From the IMG/VR virus record IMGVR_UViG_3300048890_000030, positions 1 through 24,808 of that record: 24,808 nucleotides of DNA. One strand, written 5' to 3'. Positions within the stretch are counted from its first letter, which is position 1. Each line of letters opens with the position of its first letter. Below, in pieces: positions 9,363 to 17,023 of this stretch. Below the pieces are notes generated by a model. That model made no database searches, was not told the DNA's origin, and worked only from the letters and a program-made list of their open reading frames with translations. Source of the stretch: a virus. Taxonomy: Duplodnaviria; Caudoviricetes. The position numbers were made by a program, and so were the translations under genes.

Positions 9363-9990
9363 CAAGGAAATTTTCGATGCAATTCGGGAGCGTGTCGGTT
9401 CTCTCAATCAGGCGCAGGTTGACGCGATTAATTCGGTTCTCCTGACTGCCCGGCTTTCACCGACCGCGCCGCCGGTTGTCCTCGCATGGGGATCGCGCGT
9501 CACACCGGAATTTCGAGCCCGTGTGCGCGGCGTTGCAGCGAATATCGGCGTCGATCCCTCGGACCTCATGACGTGCATCGCATGGGAGAGTGGCCGAAGC
9601 TTCTCGCCCACGGTGAAGAATGCGGCGGGCTCGGGAGCTATCGGCCTTATCCAATTCATGCCGACGACTGCAACGGGCCTCGGCACCTCAACCGCCGCCC
9701 TGGCAAAGATGACCGCCGTGCAGCAACTCGATTGGGTGGAGAAATATTTCTCGCCGTGGAAAGGGAAGCTCCACAATCTCGCCGACCTCTACATGGCGAT
9801 CCTCTGGCCCAAGGCGGTAGGACAGCCGCTCGAATATGTGCTATGGGACAAGGATAGCCGACCGACGACCTATCGGCAGAACGCCGGGCTGGACGCGAAT
9901 AAGGACGGCGAAATCACGAAGGCCGAATGCTCGGCCAAGCTCTACGCGATGAAAGCGGAAGGGCAGCGACCGGAGAACATTGCAGCATGA
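9352..9990 (+). CDS. Endolysin, SLT/lysozyme-like, with a C-terminal EF-hand-like loop
   Basis: ATG at 9352 after AAGGA. Motifs IAWESG (catalytic Glu), GAIGLIQFMP, QLDWVEKYF and DLYMAILWP are present. DANKDGEITKAE matches the EF-hand loop consensus. Confidence 0.85.
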   Translation: MLTDKEIFDAIRERVGSLNQAQVDAINSVLLTARLSPTAPPVVLAWGSRVTPEFRARVRGVAANIGVDPSDLMTCIAWESGRSFSPTVKNAAGSGAIGLIQFMPTTATGLGTSTAALAKMTAVQQLDWVEKYFSPWKGKLHNLADLYMAILWPKAVGQPLEYVLWDKDSRPTTYRQNAGLDANKDGEITKAECSAKLYAMKAEGQRPENIAA

Positions 9991-10391
9991 ATTTTTGGCA
10001 ATTCCTTGACAAGCTCCTAGACCGGCTCCCCGGCTGGCCGAACGGCCGGGGGCTCGTCGGGCTTGCCACATTCTCGCTCACCGTCATGGTGCTTTGGATG
10101 GTGCAATCCGATTTGACGCTGCGGAAGGATGAGTTTTTCAAGGTGATCGCAACGGCGATTGTCTTGACCGGCTTCATCAACGGCGTTGTCGCGTTCTTCT
10201 ATTCGCAAAACCAGCTAAATTCGGAAGCCTCGCGCACCTCGCAGACTTTCGCCGAGAGCATGGGCAAGCAGGCGGACGCGACGAAGGCGGCAGCGGAATC
10301 GATCCCCCCATCTGGTGCCGAAGCCAGTCGCGCGGCCGAGGAAACCGCAGCAGCCGCCGTTGATCGTGCGGCCGATTTCAAAGGATATTAA
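9987..10391 (+). CDS. Holin (two transmembrane segments)
   Basis: ATGA-coupled start at 9987. Two hydrophobic segments (GLVGLATFSLTVMVLWMV and VIATAIVLTGFINGVVAFFYS). It sits between the endolysin and the spanins. Confidence 0.7.
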   Translation: MNFWQFLDKLLDRLPGWPNGRGLVGLATFSLTVMVLWMVQSDLTLRKDEFFKVIATAIVLTGFINGVVAFFYSQNQLNSEASRTSQTFAESMGKQADATKAAAESIPPSGAEASRAAEETAAAAVDRAADFKGY

Positions 10392-10392
10392 A

Positions 10393-10734
10393 ATGCCCCC
10401 ATTCATCGCAAAATACTGGCCGGCTCTCGCTGGCGCCGCCCTCGTCCTGGCTCTGCTGACACTGGCCTTTTGCCAAGGAAAGCAGGCCGGGAAATCGGGC
10501 GAGATCGTCAAGCAGCAGGGGCGCGAGATCGAGACGCAACAGGACCTCGGCCGGGCGAACAGCAACGCGGCCGAGGCGCGGGTAAACGATGCGGTCAAGG
10601 CCGCGCAGCAACGGAAGGAATTGGACGATGCGATCACTGCCACGGATGATCCTGATCGCCAGCGTGCTTTGCGCGGGTGCGTCATCCTGCGCCAGCAGGG
10701 TAGAGACACAACGAACATTCCCGGATGCCGCTGA
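10393..10734 (+). CDS. Inner-membrane spanin (Rz-like i-spanin)
   Basis: N-terminal transmembrane segment, helical periplasmic region and C-terminal cysteines. It is overlapped in another frame by a lipoprotein gene. Confidence 0.8.
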   Translation: MPPFIAKYWPALAGAALVLALLTLAFCQGKQAGKSGEIVKQQGREIETQQDLGRANSNAAEARVNDAVKAAQQRKELDDAITATDDPDRQRALRGCVILRQQGRDTTNIPGCR

Positions 10735-10927
10735 TCTCCGATATCAGGTAGAGCCGGCATATCCGCTCGCGGCGCTGGAACCCGGCGATGCCGGCAAAGC
10801 GGCCGAGGACGCATGGCACGACGAGGTGCTGATATGGGGGCGCACCGGCTGGCGCCAGAATGCCCGCGTGTGCAAGTGGGCGGTCGATCTCGGGCTTAAA
10901 GTGCCGGCCGGTTACTGCGGACCCTGA
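10628..10927 (+). CDS. Outer-membrane lipoprotein spanin (Rz1-like o-spanin), overlapped architecture
   Basis: AAGGA RBS 8 nt before the ATG at 10628. Signal peptide MRSLPRMILIASVLCAGASS-C with a lipobox-like ASSC. The gene starts inside the i-spanin and extends past it. Confidence 0.8.
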   Translation: MRSLPRMILIASVLCAGASSCASRVETQRTFPDAADLRYQVEPAYPLAALEPGDAGKAAEDAWHDEVLIWGRTGWRQNARVCKWAVDLGLKVPAGYCGP

Positions 10928-11025
10928 TTTTTCTTGTCCTCGGCATTGCCGGCTGCAAACATGGATGCAAGCACCATCCCGACGATGACCCCGACCGAGC
11001 AGCCGGCGATAAATCCCACGATCAT
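10912..11025 (-). CDS. 37-aa single-pass membrane microprotein (not in the ORF track)
   Basis: MIVGFIAGCSVGVIVGMVLASMFAAGNAEDKKNQGPQ. It is ATGA-coupled to the RuvC-like gene stop and has an AAGGA RBS. Confidence 0.7.
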   Translation of the reverse strand: MIVGFIAGCSVGVIVGMVLASMFAAGNAEDKKNQGPQ

Positions 11026-11492
11026 AAATATTTCCTTCCATAGTGCGCGATCAAGGTCGCCTCGGCCCTGCCGTCATCCTTCACCCTCGTAAGCTGGTGC
11101 GCGCTCTTGGGATAGAGGACGCGGCATTTCTCCCGGCTGGCGCCTTTGCTGCTGTTGAGCAGGCCGAGCTTGGCTTTCCACACGGCCGGCGTGACAAAGT
11201 GGACCGGCACGCGGCATCGAGCGGCGAGGCCATGGGCGAAGCCAAGCGTGCGGCCGAAAGTGAACATGCTCGTTACACCCTGGCCCGGCCGGGCGGCGAT
11301 ATCTTCGATCACGATCATCTGCGGGCCGTGGAAATCGAGCGCCGGCCACCACGTCGCTTCCCAATCAGCCCACGCCGGCTTGTCCTTCCCCTTGATCTCG
11401 ACGCGCGGCACGTCCAGCAAGAAAACCTCGCCTGTCTCATAGGTGATCGAAAGCGCTCCGGTCTTGCCCGGATCAATGCCGGCGATAATCAC
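11022..11492 (-). CDS. RuvC-like Holliday junction resolvase
   Basis: Motifs IAGIDPGKTGA, IVIE, GVTSMFTFG, VTPAVWK and DDGRAEATLIAHYG give the RNase H-fold RuvC acidic residues. Confidence 0.9.
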   Translation of the reverse strand: MIIAGIDPGKTGALSITYETGEVFLLDVPRVEIKGKDKPAWADWEATWWPALDFHGPQMIVIEDIAARPGQGVTSMFTFGRTLGFAHGLAARCRVPVHFVTPAVWKAKLGLLNSSKGASREKCRVLYPKSAHQLTRVKDDGRAEATLIAHYGRKYL

Positions 11493-11866
11493 GACTTATA
11501 GCCCGGCAGGAATTGGACGCCGACCGTGTTGATTTTCGCCGGTCGCCATACCGTCCCGCAGGATTGGCAGGCGTGTGTATGGTGCGGCTTCTCGGCGAAT
11601 TCGCCTTCGTCTATATGGCGCTCGCCACACACGGGGCAGTTGAGCAGCATCGGGATCGGCGACGAAGGCACGGGAACCTGCTCGGGATAATCCTGCAAGC
11701 CGAGCCTTTCGTTCAATTCCATTTTTGCGATATTCTCGAAACCGCGTGGAATGAACATGATCCGAAAATTATCGGTGGAGCATGTCAGGACTTTATCCGT
11801 GCCCTCACGCTTGGAAAGCAGGAAAAGGTCATGGCAATTTTGCTCGATATTAGAACGGGCAGTCAT
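11489..11866 (-). CDS. Hypothetical protein with a C-terminal zinc-ribbon
   Basis: Likely ATG at 11866 after AAGGA. Contains CPVCGERHID...PHHTHACQSCG. Confidence 0.7.
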   Translation of the reverse strand: MTARSNIEQNCHDLFLLSKREGTDKVLTCSTDNFRIMFIPRGFENIAKMELNERLGLQDYPEQVPVPSSPIPMLLNCPVCGERHIDEGEFAEKPHHTHACQSCGTVWRPAKINTVGVQFLPGYKS

Positions 11867-12359
11867 CGGTAAATTCCTTTTCCGGTAGAAACGGTTTGAG
11901 CCAATCCGGCGGCGTGAAAAACGGCATGTCGGGAATTTCCCGCTCGACGGGGCGGTATTCCTCAAGACCTACGGCGACATAAATCCAATAGCGCTTTGTC
12001 TCAAGGTCTTGGAACGCCCGGCCGGGGTTCGATTTTATCATTTCGTTATTCTGCGCCACGCTCATGCCGGCGACGTGCTGCACGCAAAGCGTCGAAGGTC
12101 CGCACGGGCAATTATGCCCAACGGGCAGGCCGTCGATATTCAGGCCGTGGATATGATGGGCGGACCATCGGTGCGCAAACCAGCGGCGTTTAGCGTCCCA
12201 AAACGTCCCGTAGGGCGCATGATTGCCATGACCGCTCGTCGTGCCGCCGATCCACATAACGCAGCCCGTGAACGGGTCGAAAGCGCACTTCATCGCAAAG
12301 CGTTCCAGCGGCGTGAGGCGTCGGTTTGCCGACCAAGAATTTCCGGGCCGCGCAGCCAT
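11850..12359 (-). CDS. HNH endonuclease-like protein (divergent) with a C-terminal extension
   Basis: GCVMWIGG...YG...AHRWS...HG...VGHNC...LCVQHV...QNN follows the phage HNH pattern. Confidence 0.75.
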   Translation of the reverse strand: MAARPGNSWSANRRLTPLERFAMKCAFDPFTGCVMWIGGTTSGHGNHAPYGTFWDAKRRWFAHRWSAHHIHGLNIDGLPVGHNCPCGPSTLCVQHVAGMSVAQNNEMIKSNPGRAFQDLETKRYWIYVAVGLEEYRPVEREIPDMPFFTPPDWLKPFLPEKEFTDDCPF

Positions 12360-12539
12360 TTAGCCCATCGCCTCAATTGCTGCCTTCGCGCGCTCTATCC
12401 ACCATGGACGGCGAAATTCTTGCTCGACCGCATAGCAGATACTTTGTTCACTCATAGGCCCGTCACGGTGGGGCGAACGATTTGCCTGCTCATATTGAGT
12501 TTTGCAAAGTGCATAAGCTACTTTTTCTTCCCGCGTCAT
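12360..12539 (-). CDS. 59-aa hypothetical protein (not in the ORF track)
   Basis: MTREEKVAYALCKTQYEQ...WWIERAKAAIEAMG. It is ATGA-coupled to the polymerase stop and fills the gap exactly up to the next ATG. Confidence 0.75.
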   Translation of the reverse strand: MTREEKVAYALCKTQYEQANRSPHRDGPMSEQSICYAVEQEFRRPWWIERAKAAIEAMG

Positions 12540-14533
12540 TTCCGATACCTCAACATGCTTTCGACATTGGCCTTGACACGGAATTTCCGTTCAATCGCCC
12601 ACGGCTCCACGTCCTCCATAATCTGTGTCACCATCTGGATAAGGTCCGGCCGGTCGGTTTCCTCGAAAACCAATTCGTCGTGGACCTTGAAAATCCCGAA
12701 TAGCCCTTCCTTTTCCGCACGCTTCATCGCGCCGACCATAAGCTGCCGTGCGCTGCCCTGGATGCAGTCGGCGGTAATCATGCCGTGCCATGCGAGGTGA
12801 CGGCGGAATTTCTTGCCCTGATAGGACATGAAGGTCCACGAGGGATGCTCTTGCCCCGTGTTCGGATTGAAGGTCTTATCCTTGCGCGGCCGGTGATACC
12901 AAAGCTTTTTCCCGTCCGGCAGGCGCATCGTGAGGAAGTCGCTTTCCTTGCGAAATTCGATGCCGGCATAGGAATAGGTTTTCGCGTGATCGCACCAGAC
13001 GGCATCAACGCTCGCCTGCCAAAGACCATACCAGAATTTCGGCACCATCGGCGCCACCTCTTTCCGATAGGTGTTGATAGCGAGCATTGCCAGATCGATC
13101 GATTCCTTGGGGGCGAACCGCGCGCGGAACCCGACCGGCCCGAGGCCATAGCCCGAGCCTAGGAAGGTGTTCTTTCCGATTTGCCCTTCCTTCTGCTGCA
13201 CCTTGCGATCAATCGGCCGCTTGTAGATCATGGAGGCGGTTTCGGAATACACGTCGAGCCCCGCGTGCATCTGCTCCACCCGGTCGTGCTGGCCGGCCAT
13301 GGAGAGCAGGTTGCGGGCTTCGACGGCGGCATAGTCCCCCGAGACGATCACCTTGCCCTTCTCGGGCACGATGCACGACCGCAGGGACGAAATGATAGCC
13401 GAGAAAATGTCCGGCCCCCAAAGCTCTTGGATATAGTCGATATCGCGGGTGAGGATCGCGTCGGCGAGGATATCGGCCGTAAGCCCCTGCCGGTCGCTGA
13501 TTTCCCCTCGGGGATAATTCTGCACCTGAATAAGCCGACCAACATCGCGGCCCGTCCGGGCGCCGTGGAATTGCGTCGCATAGCGCACGCGCATATCGGT
13601 TGCCGAGGCGCATTGAAGCATCCGTTCGAGCTTGGCGACACTGGACGACGCGAGCGAGCGCCGCAGGGTGATGACCTCGTGGACGTGATAGGGCAGCGGC
13701 TCTTGGAAATCCTCAATTCCGAATTCGTCGCCCGGATCAAGGATCGCGTCGAGCGTGGCCTTTTTCATGTCCCCGAGCGGCACGCCGTTGTCATTGACCC
13801 AATTCAGCACCTTTTCGCGCTGCGTCGGATTGAGGCCCGTCAATTCCCGAAATCGCTCGGTCATCGGCACGCGCACTTTGTCGAGCACTTCAATACAGGC
13901 GTTCACGAATTCCGTGTCGATTTTAATCCCGCGCTGATTATAGCGCTGATCGACGATCCAAGTATGCCGCTCGGCCGGGCCGAGGCCCTGCGTCGTGACA
14001 TAGACGCCGTATTGCGCATCGCAGTCGGACGCGCAGTAGTCATAGAGAATTTTCAGGTTGTGCTCATTGTGCTGCGACCAGCCGCCATAGCGATCCGGCT
14101 TGCACATGATGAGCATGTGGCGGTGCCCGTCCATGTCTTTCTTGACGGGCAATTCCAGCGCCGTGACAAGCGCGTCGAGCCCGAGGGGCAGGCCCTTCAT
14201 GCCGGCGACGGCCATCGTGTCGTGCCAACGCTCGGGCGGCAGCGCAGGATAGCCCATCGGCTCCATATGAAAAAGCCACATAGCTTGCTCGAAGCCAGCG
14301 TTATGCGCGACGAAAATCACCGTCTCGTCAAGGCAAAGCTCCATCAACCGGGGATCGAGCGCGTGAAGCTGTTTTTCCGACAGGACGAAAGTCGGTGCCG
14401 GCCGCTTGTCTGTCACGACTTTAACGCCGAGGCAGAGCGCGAACGTGGACATATCCGCCGCGTATTTCCACGCACCTATTTTTTGGAGATCAGCCCGAGA
14501 GGCAGTCTCGAAATCGACAACTGCATACCTCAT
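12536..14533 (-). CDS. polA: Phage DNA polymerase, family A, with 3'-5' exonuclease domain
   Basis: ExoI VVDFET, ExoII AHNAGFE, ExoIII YCASD, RTGR...QVQNYP, motif A GDYAAVEAR, motif B GKNTFLGSGYG and motif C VHDELV. ATGA-coupled start at 14533. Confidence 0.95.
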   Translation of the reverse strand: MRYAVVDFETASRADLQKIGAWKYAADMSTFALCLGVKVVTDKRPAPTFVLSEKQLHALDPRLMELCLDETVIFVAHNAGFEQAMWLFHMEPMGYPALPPERWHDTMAVAGMKGLPLGLDALVTALELPVKKDMDGHRHMLIMCKPDRYGGWSQHNEHNLKILYDYCASDCDAQYGVYVTTQGLGPAERHTWIVDQRYNQRGIKIDTEFVNACIEVLDKVRVPMTERFRELTGLNPTQREKVLNWVNDNGVPLGDMKKATLDAILDPGDEFGIEDFQEPLPYHVHEVITLRRSLASSSVAKLERMLQCASATDMRVRYATQFHGARTGRDVGRLIQVQNYPRGEISDRQGLTADILADAILTRDIDYIQELWGPDIFSAIISSLRSCIVPEKGKVIVSGDYAAVEARNLLSMAGQHDRVEQMHAGLDVYSETASMIYKRPIDRKVQQKEGQIGKNTFLGSGYGLGPVGFRARFAPKESIDLAMLAINTYRKEVAPMVPKFWYGLWQASVDAVWCDHAKTYSYAGIEFRKESDFLTMRLPDGKKLWYHRPRKDKTFNPNTGQEHPSWTFMSYQGKKFRRHLAWHGMITADCIQGSARQLMVGAMKRAEKEGLFGIFKVHDELVFEETDRPDLIQMVTQIMEDVEPWAIERKFRVKANVESMLRYRK

Positions 14534-14904
14534 GCCCGGCGAGCCTTTCGTGTTTCCCAAGCCTTACGGCGGGCTTCGGGGTTTTTCCCGGAATGTGTGC
14601 CACGTCGCACGGTCGCTTGGATATTCTTTGCGCGCGTCCCATATTCGAGATTGGACAATTTCGGGTTTAGTCGATTGTCATCCTCATGGCACACGTCAAG
14701 GCCGGCCGGGCGCGGTCCTAGGAAAGCTTCCGCCACGACAACGTGCAGGAGTTTCGTCTTACCGAACGCGATATTGAATTTCAGGTAGCCGTGCGAACCG
14801 ATCCCCGGCCGCAAGAATTTCTGCGAGTGCCAACTATAAACGCGGCCTTCGCTCGAAACCATATGCATCGGGAAACCCGGCACGACTGCCCAACGCTCGC
14901 TCAT
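14530..14904 (-). CDS. Free-standing NUMOD4-HNH homing endonuclease
   Basis: ERWAVVPGF...VSSEGRVYS (NUMOD4), then LHVVVAEAFLG...VCHEDDNRLNPKLSNLEYGTRAKN (HNH). Confidence 0.9.
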   Translation of the reverse strand: MSERWAVVPGFPMHMVSSEGRVYSWHSQKFLRPGIGSHGYLKFNIAFGKTKLLHVVVAEAFLGPRPAGLDVCHEDDNRLNPKLSNLEYGTRAKNIQATVRRGTHSGKNPEARRKAWETRKARRA

Positions 14905-15359
14905 GACCGGGGAATTTCCGGCAGGAGAATGTCACGGGTCTTGATCTCGTGCAAAGCTTCCGTCCGTGTCCCAAATTTGCGCGTCTCTGCCAGGGCAAGA
15001 TAGCGCACGGCGCGGTCATGCTGCCGGGCACAGTGCTGGATTTCTTTTTTCTTACGGGCGATGAAGCTGGCACGGGCAAGCTTGCGCGTCGGGTAGGCGT
15101 GACGCCGGCCGGAACCTTCGAGCACGAATTTTTTGAACCGGGCTTCGGGGTCCCAAAGCGGCGCGATCCAGAAACCGGCAGGTGTGCGCTTGACGACGCG
15201 ATATTCAATGACCGAGATCGCGAGCACGTCATCGGACATGCGAGCATTCATTTCCCGATAGAAATAATGGTTCTCGTGCTCTGCGCGTTCCCCGCAATTC
15301 TTGCAGGTATTGGGAGCCCCGAACACATAAGCGTGCTGCGGCATGTCATCCTCGGTCAT
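14901..15359 (-). CDS. Hypothetical phage protein (N-terminal CxxC)
   Basis: ATGA-coupled on both sides, GGAG RBS. Confidence 0.75.
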   Translation of the reverse strand: MTEDDMPQHAYVFGAPNTCKNCGERAEHENHYFYREMNARMSDDVLAISVIEYRVVKRTPAGFWIAPLWDPEARFKKFVLEGSGRRHAYPTRKLARASFIARKKKEIQHCARQHDRAVRYLALAETRKFGTRTEALHEIKTRDILLPEIPRS

Positions 15360-15667
15360 AGGTCATACTCCAATGGAGGGCGGACAGGCTTCGGGCGCGT
15401 CTCGGGATAATGCTCGTGTATCCAGTCAAGCACCTCATAGGCCGTTTCGATATAATTCGTCGTCGGGTTCTTCGCGATCTCTTGACCGGGTGAGAAATTC
15501 ACCCAAATCTTCCCGCGCAGATTATAGGGCAGCATCGCCCAATGCTTTTTGCAGCCCCACATAGCCGGCGGCACTTTCGCGTCGCAGGTAGGCCAATGGC
15601 AGTGATGACCGCCGGCCCCGTGCTTCATTTGCGAACGGACATAATCCGCTTTCTCGGCGATGTTCAT
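15356..15667 (-). CDS. Cys/His-rich putative zinc-binding protein ending in EYDL
   Basis: HHCHWPTC...WGCKKHWAMLP motif. Likely ATG at 15667. Confidence 0.8.
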   Translation of the reverse strand: MNIAEKADYVRSQMKHGAGGHHCHWPTCDAKVPPAMWGCKKHWAMLPYNLRGKIWVNFSPGQEIAKNPTTNYIETAYEVLDWIHEHYPETRPKPVRPPLEYDL

Positions 15668-15669
15668 GG

Positions 15670-15918
15670 TCAAAACCCCTGCCGGTCGATTTCACGAGGC
15701 CCGAGCGGCTTTGCGCTGGCATCCCCGATATCCACGGTCTTGATCGCGCCGAGCATCGCCACCGCTTCGATGAAAGTTTGAAGTGGGATCAGTGCGGCGC
15801 ATTTCTGCTGGTTGCGTTGGTCGGCGACTTCGAGCAGCACCGCATTGCCGGCACGGCTCAAGACGAACGACGAGAGGTAGTGCGGGCTGTCCGCGTCTGT
15901 AGGGAACCGGATTTCCAT
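15670..15918 (-). CDS. Hypothetical protein (82 aa)
   Basis: GGGAG RBS 6 nt before the ATG at 15918, immediately after the upstream stop. Confidence 0.65.
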   Translation of the reverse strand: MEIRFPTDADSPHYLSSFVLSRAGNAVLLEVADQRNQQKCAALIPLQTFIEAVAMLGAIKTVDIGDASAKPLGPREIDRQGF

Positions 15919-15919
15919 G

Positions 15920-16105
15920 TCAGGCTCCCGCGTGAAAGTCGGAGTGCCGCGCAGCATCATAAGGTTTTTTCCGTTGGCGGCGCGACACGGCGCTCTCACC
16001 TTCCCGGAAATACATGCCACAACGCCGGCATTTGGCGGACGGGGATTTCCCCGAGAATTCTGTGTGAGGGTGCCATAGCAGGCACCATATCGCTTTCCAG
16101 CGCAT
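15920..16105 (-). CDS. 61-aa putative zinc-finger microprotein
   Basis: GGGAG RBS 7 nt upstream. Pattern CLLWH...CRRCG. Confidence 0.6.
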   Translation of the reverse strand: MRWKAIWCLLWHPHTEFSGKSPSAKCRRCGMYFREGESAVSRRQRKKPYDAARHSDFHAGA

Positions 16106-16112
16106 GACAATT

Positions 16113-16190
16113 CTCCCATGAAGGCGAGAGGCCGGGTTAGGCGTGGGATGACCGCCCGGCCTCTCTATCCGCTCCGATCCCTAGGAGATC
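16113..16190 (-). promoter_or_regulatory. Structured intergenic leader, copy 1 (CCTAGGG - 11-bp hairpin - GCCTTCATGGGAG)
   Basis: Perfect inverted repeat at 16126-16136 / 16155-16165. The 13-mer at 16113-16125 is identical to 24269-24281. Confidence 0.55.
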
Positions 16191-16941
16191 AGAACGGAAT
16201 TTCTTCGTCCAGCTTGCTACCGCCCATCGTCTGATTGTCGGGAGCGTTCGCCGTGGGATCATAGTCCGAATAGTGCTGGTAATTACCGAACACCTCATTG
16301 TTGCCGGGTCCGCCAGCGCCGGCAATGCGCTCGCCCTTGCGGACGTAGAGGCAGTTTTGCAGATATGCCGTCACGCCGTCCTTCGCGTCCAGCGTCTTGC
16401 GACGAAACGCCTTGAGGGCGACCGCCGGGACGACATAGGCGCCGGGATAGAACAGGTCTTTACCGGCCTGCGCCCGTGCGTGCTCTTCCTGCGGGATATC
16501 GACAACCTTCGAGCCGCCCGCAACGGGTTCGAGCCGTGCAAGCTCGATATCGTATTGGGACGACGCGGTGAGGATGCCGGCATAGGGCTTGTAAAGCTCT
16601 GCCCGCTTTTGGGCCTTCTCACGGAGCTTGAATTTGTCGTCCTCGGACAAGCCGGGGGCCGAGCAATCGAATTCCGCCTTTTCCAGCGCACGCTTGCCGG
16701 CGGTCATCCCGCTTTGGCAGGCGAGGTAATAATCGCCGGGGTTCGTGAAGGTGCCAAGCTCTGCCTTGATCGCACGCACCATGATTTCGACAACGGCGTC
16801 AAAATCTTCCTTTTCGATGCCGAAGGTTCCCGAGAATTTCGGAACGGCACCCTGGACGCTCCGGGGAGCACTCTTCGCCGTGATCGACGAGAAGAGCAGA
16901 CGGGCGGGCTTGATAAGCGTGTAGCGATATGTCTCGGCCAT
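16189..16941 (-). CDS. ssb: Phage single-stranded DNA-binding protein (DUF2815/gp2.5-like)
   Basis: ARLLFSSI...PKFS, FYPGAYV, GVTAYLQN...RKGERIAG and the acidic tail DEEIPF. It lies next to a DUF2800 nuclease and Pol A. AAGGA RBS before the ATG at 16941. Confidence 0.85.
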   Translation of the reverse strand: MAETYRYTLIKPARLLFSSITAKSAPRSVQGAVPKFSGTFGIEKEDFDAVVEIMVRAIKAELGTFTNPGDYYLACQSGMTAGKRALEKAEFDCSAPGLSEDDKFKLREKAQKRAELYKPYAGILTASSQYDIELARLEPVAGGSKVVDIPQEEHARAQAGKDLFYPGAYVVPAVALKAFRRKTLDAKDGVTAYLQNCLYVRKGERIAGAGGPGNNEVFGNYQHYSDYDPTANAPDNQTMGGSKLDEEIPF

Positions 16942-16954
16942 TTTCAATTCCTTT

Positions 16955-16981
16955 GCTTCATCGTGGTTTCATCGTGGCTGC
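16955..16981 (-). repeat. 27-nt leader repeat, copy A (tandem CCACGATGAA, 11-nt period)
   Basis: GCAGCCACGATGAAACCACGATGAAGC on the - strand, 25/27 identical to 18534-18560, immediately before the ssb RBS. Confidence 0.85.
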
Positions 16982-17023
16982 GGCGCGTCAAACTTCCCCG
17001 CCGCCGGGAATTCTTCTATAGCG

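Noticed and set aside
10393-10480. Possible lipobox (LAFC) in the i-spanin
   Set aside because: Phe at -1 violates the lipobox consensus, so a transmembrane anchor is more likely.
12536-14533. Intron or intein in the polymerase, or a modified-base (DpoZ-type) polymerase
   Set aside because: The ORF is continuous and of normal length with no intein motifs. No nucleotide-modification genes are in this window.
13181-14788. 535-aa + strand ORF, and similar long antisense ORFs such as 809-2320, 17060-18103 and 18516-19496
   Set aside because: These are shadows of well-supported genes on the opposite strand, as expected from high GC at third codon positions.
15670-16119. 149-aa ORF as listed in the track
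   Set aside because: It is better explained as two genes (16105-15920 and 15918-15670), each with its own GGGAG RBS.
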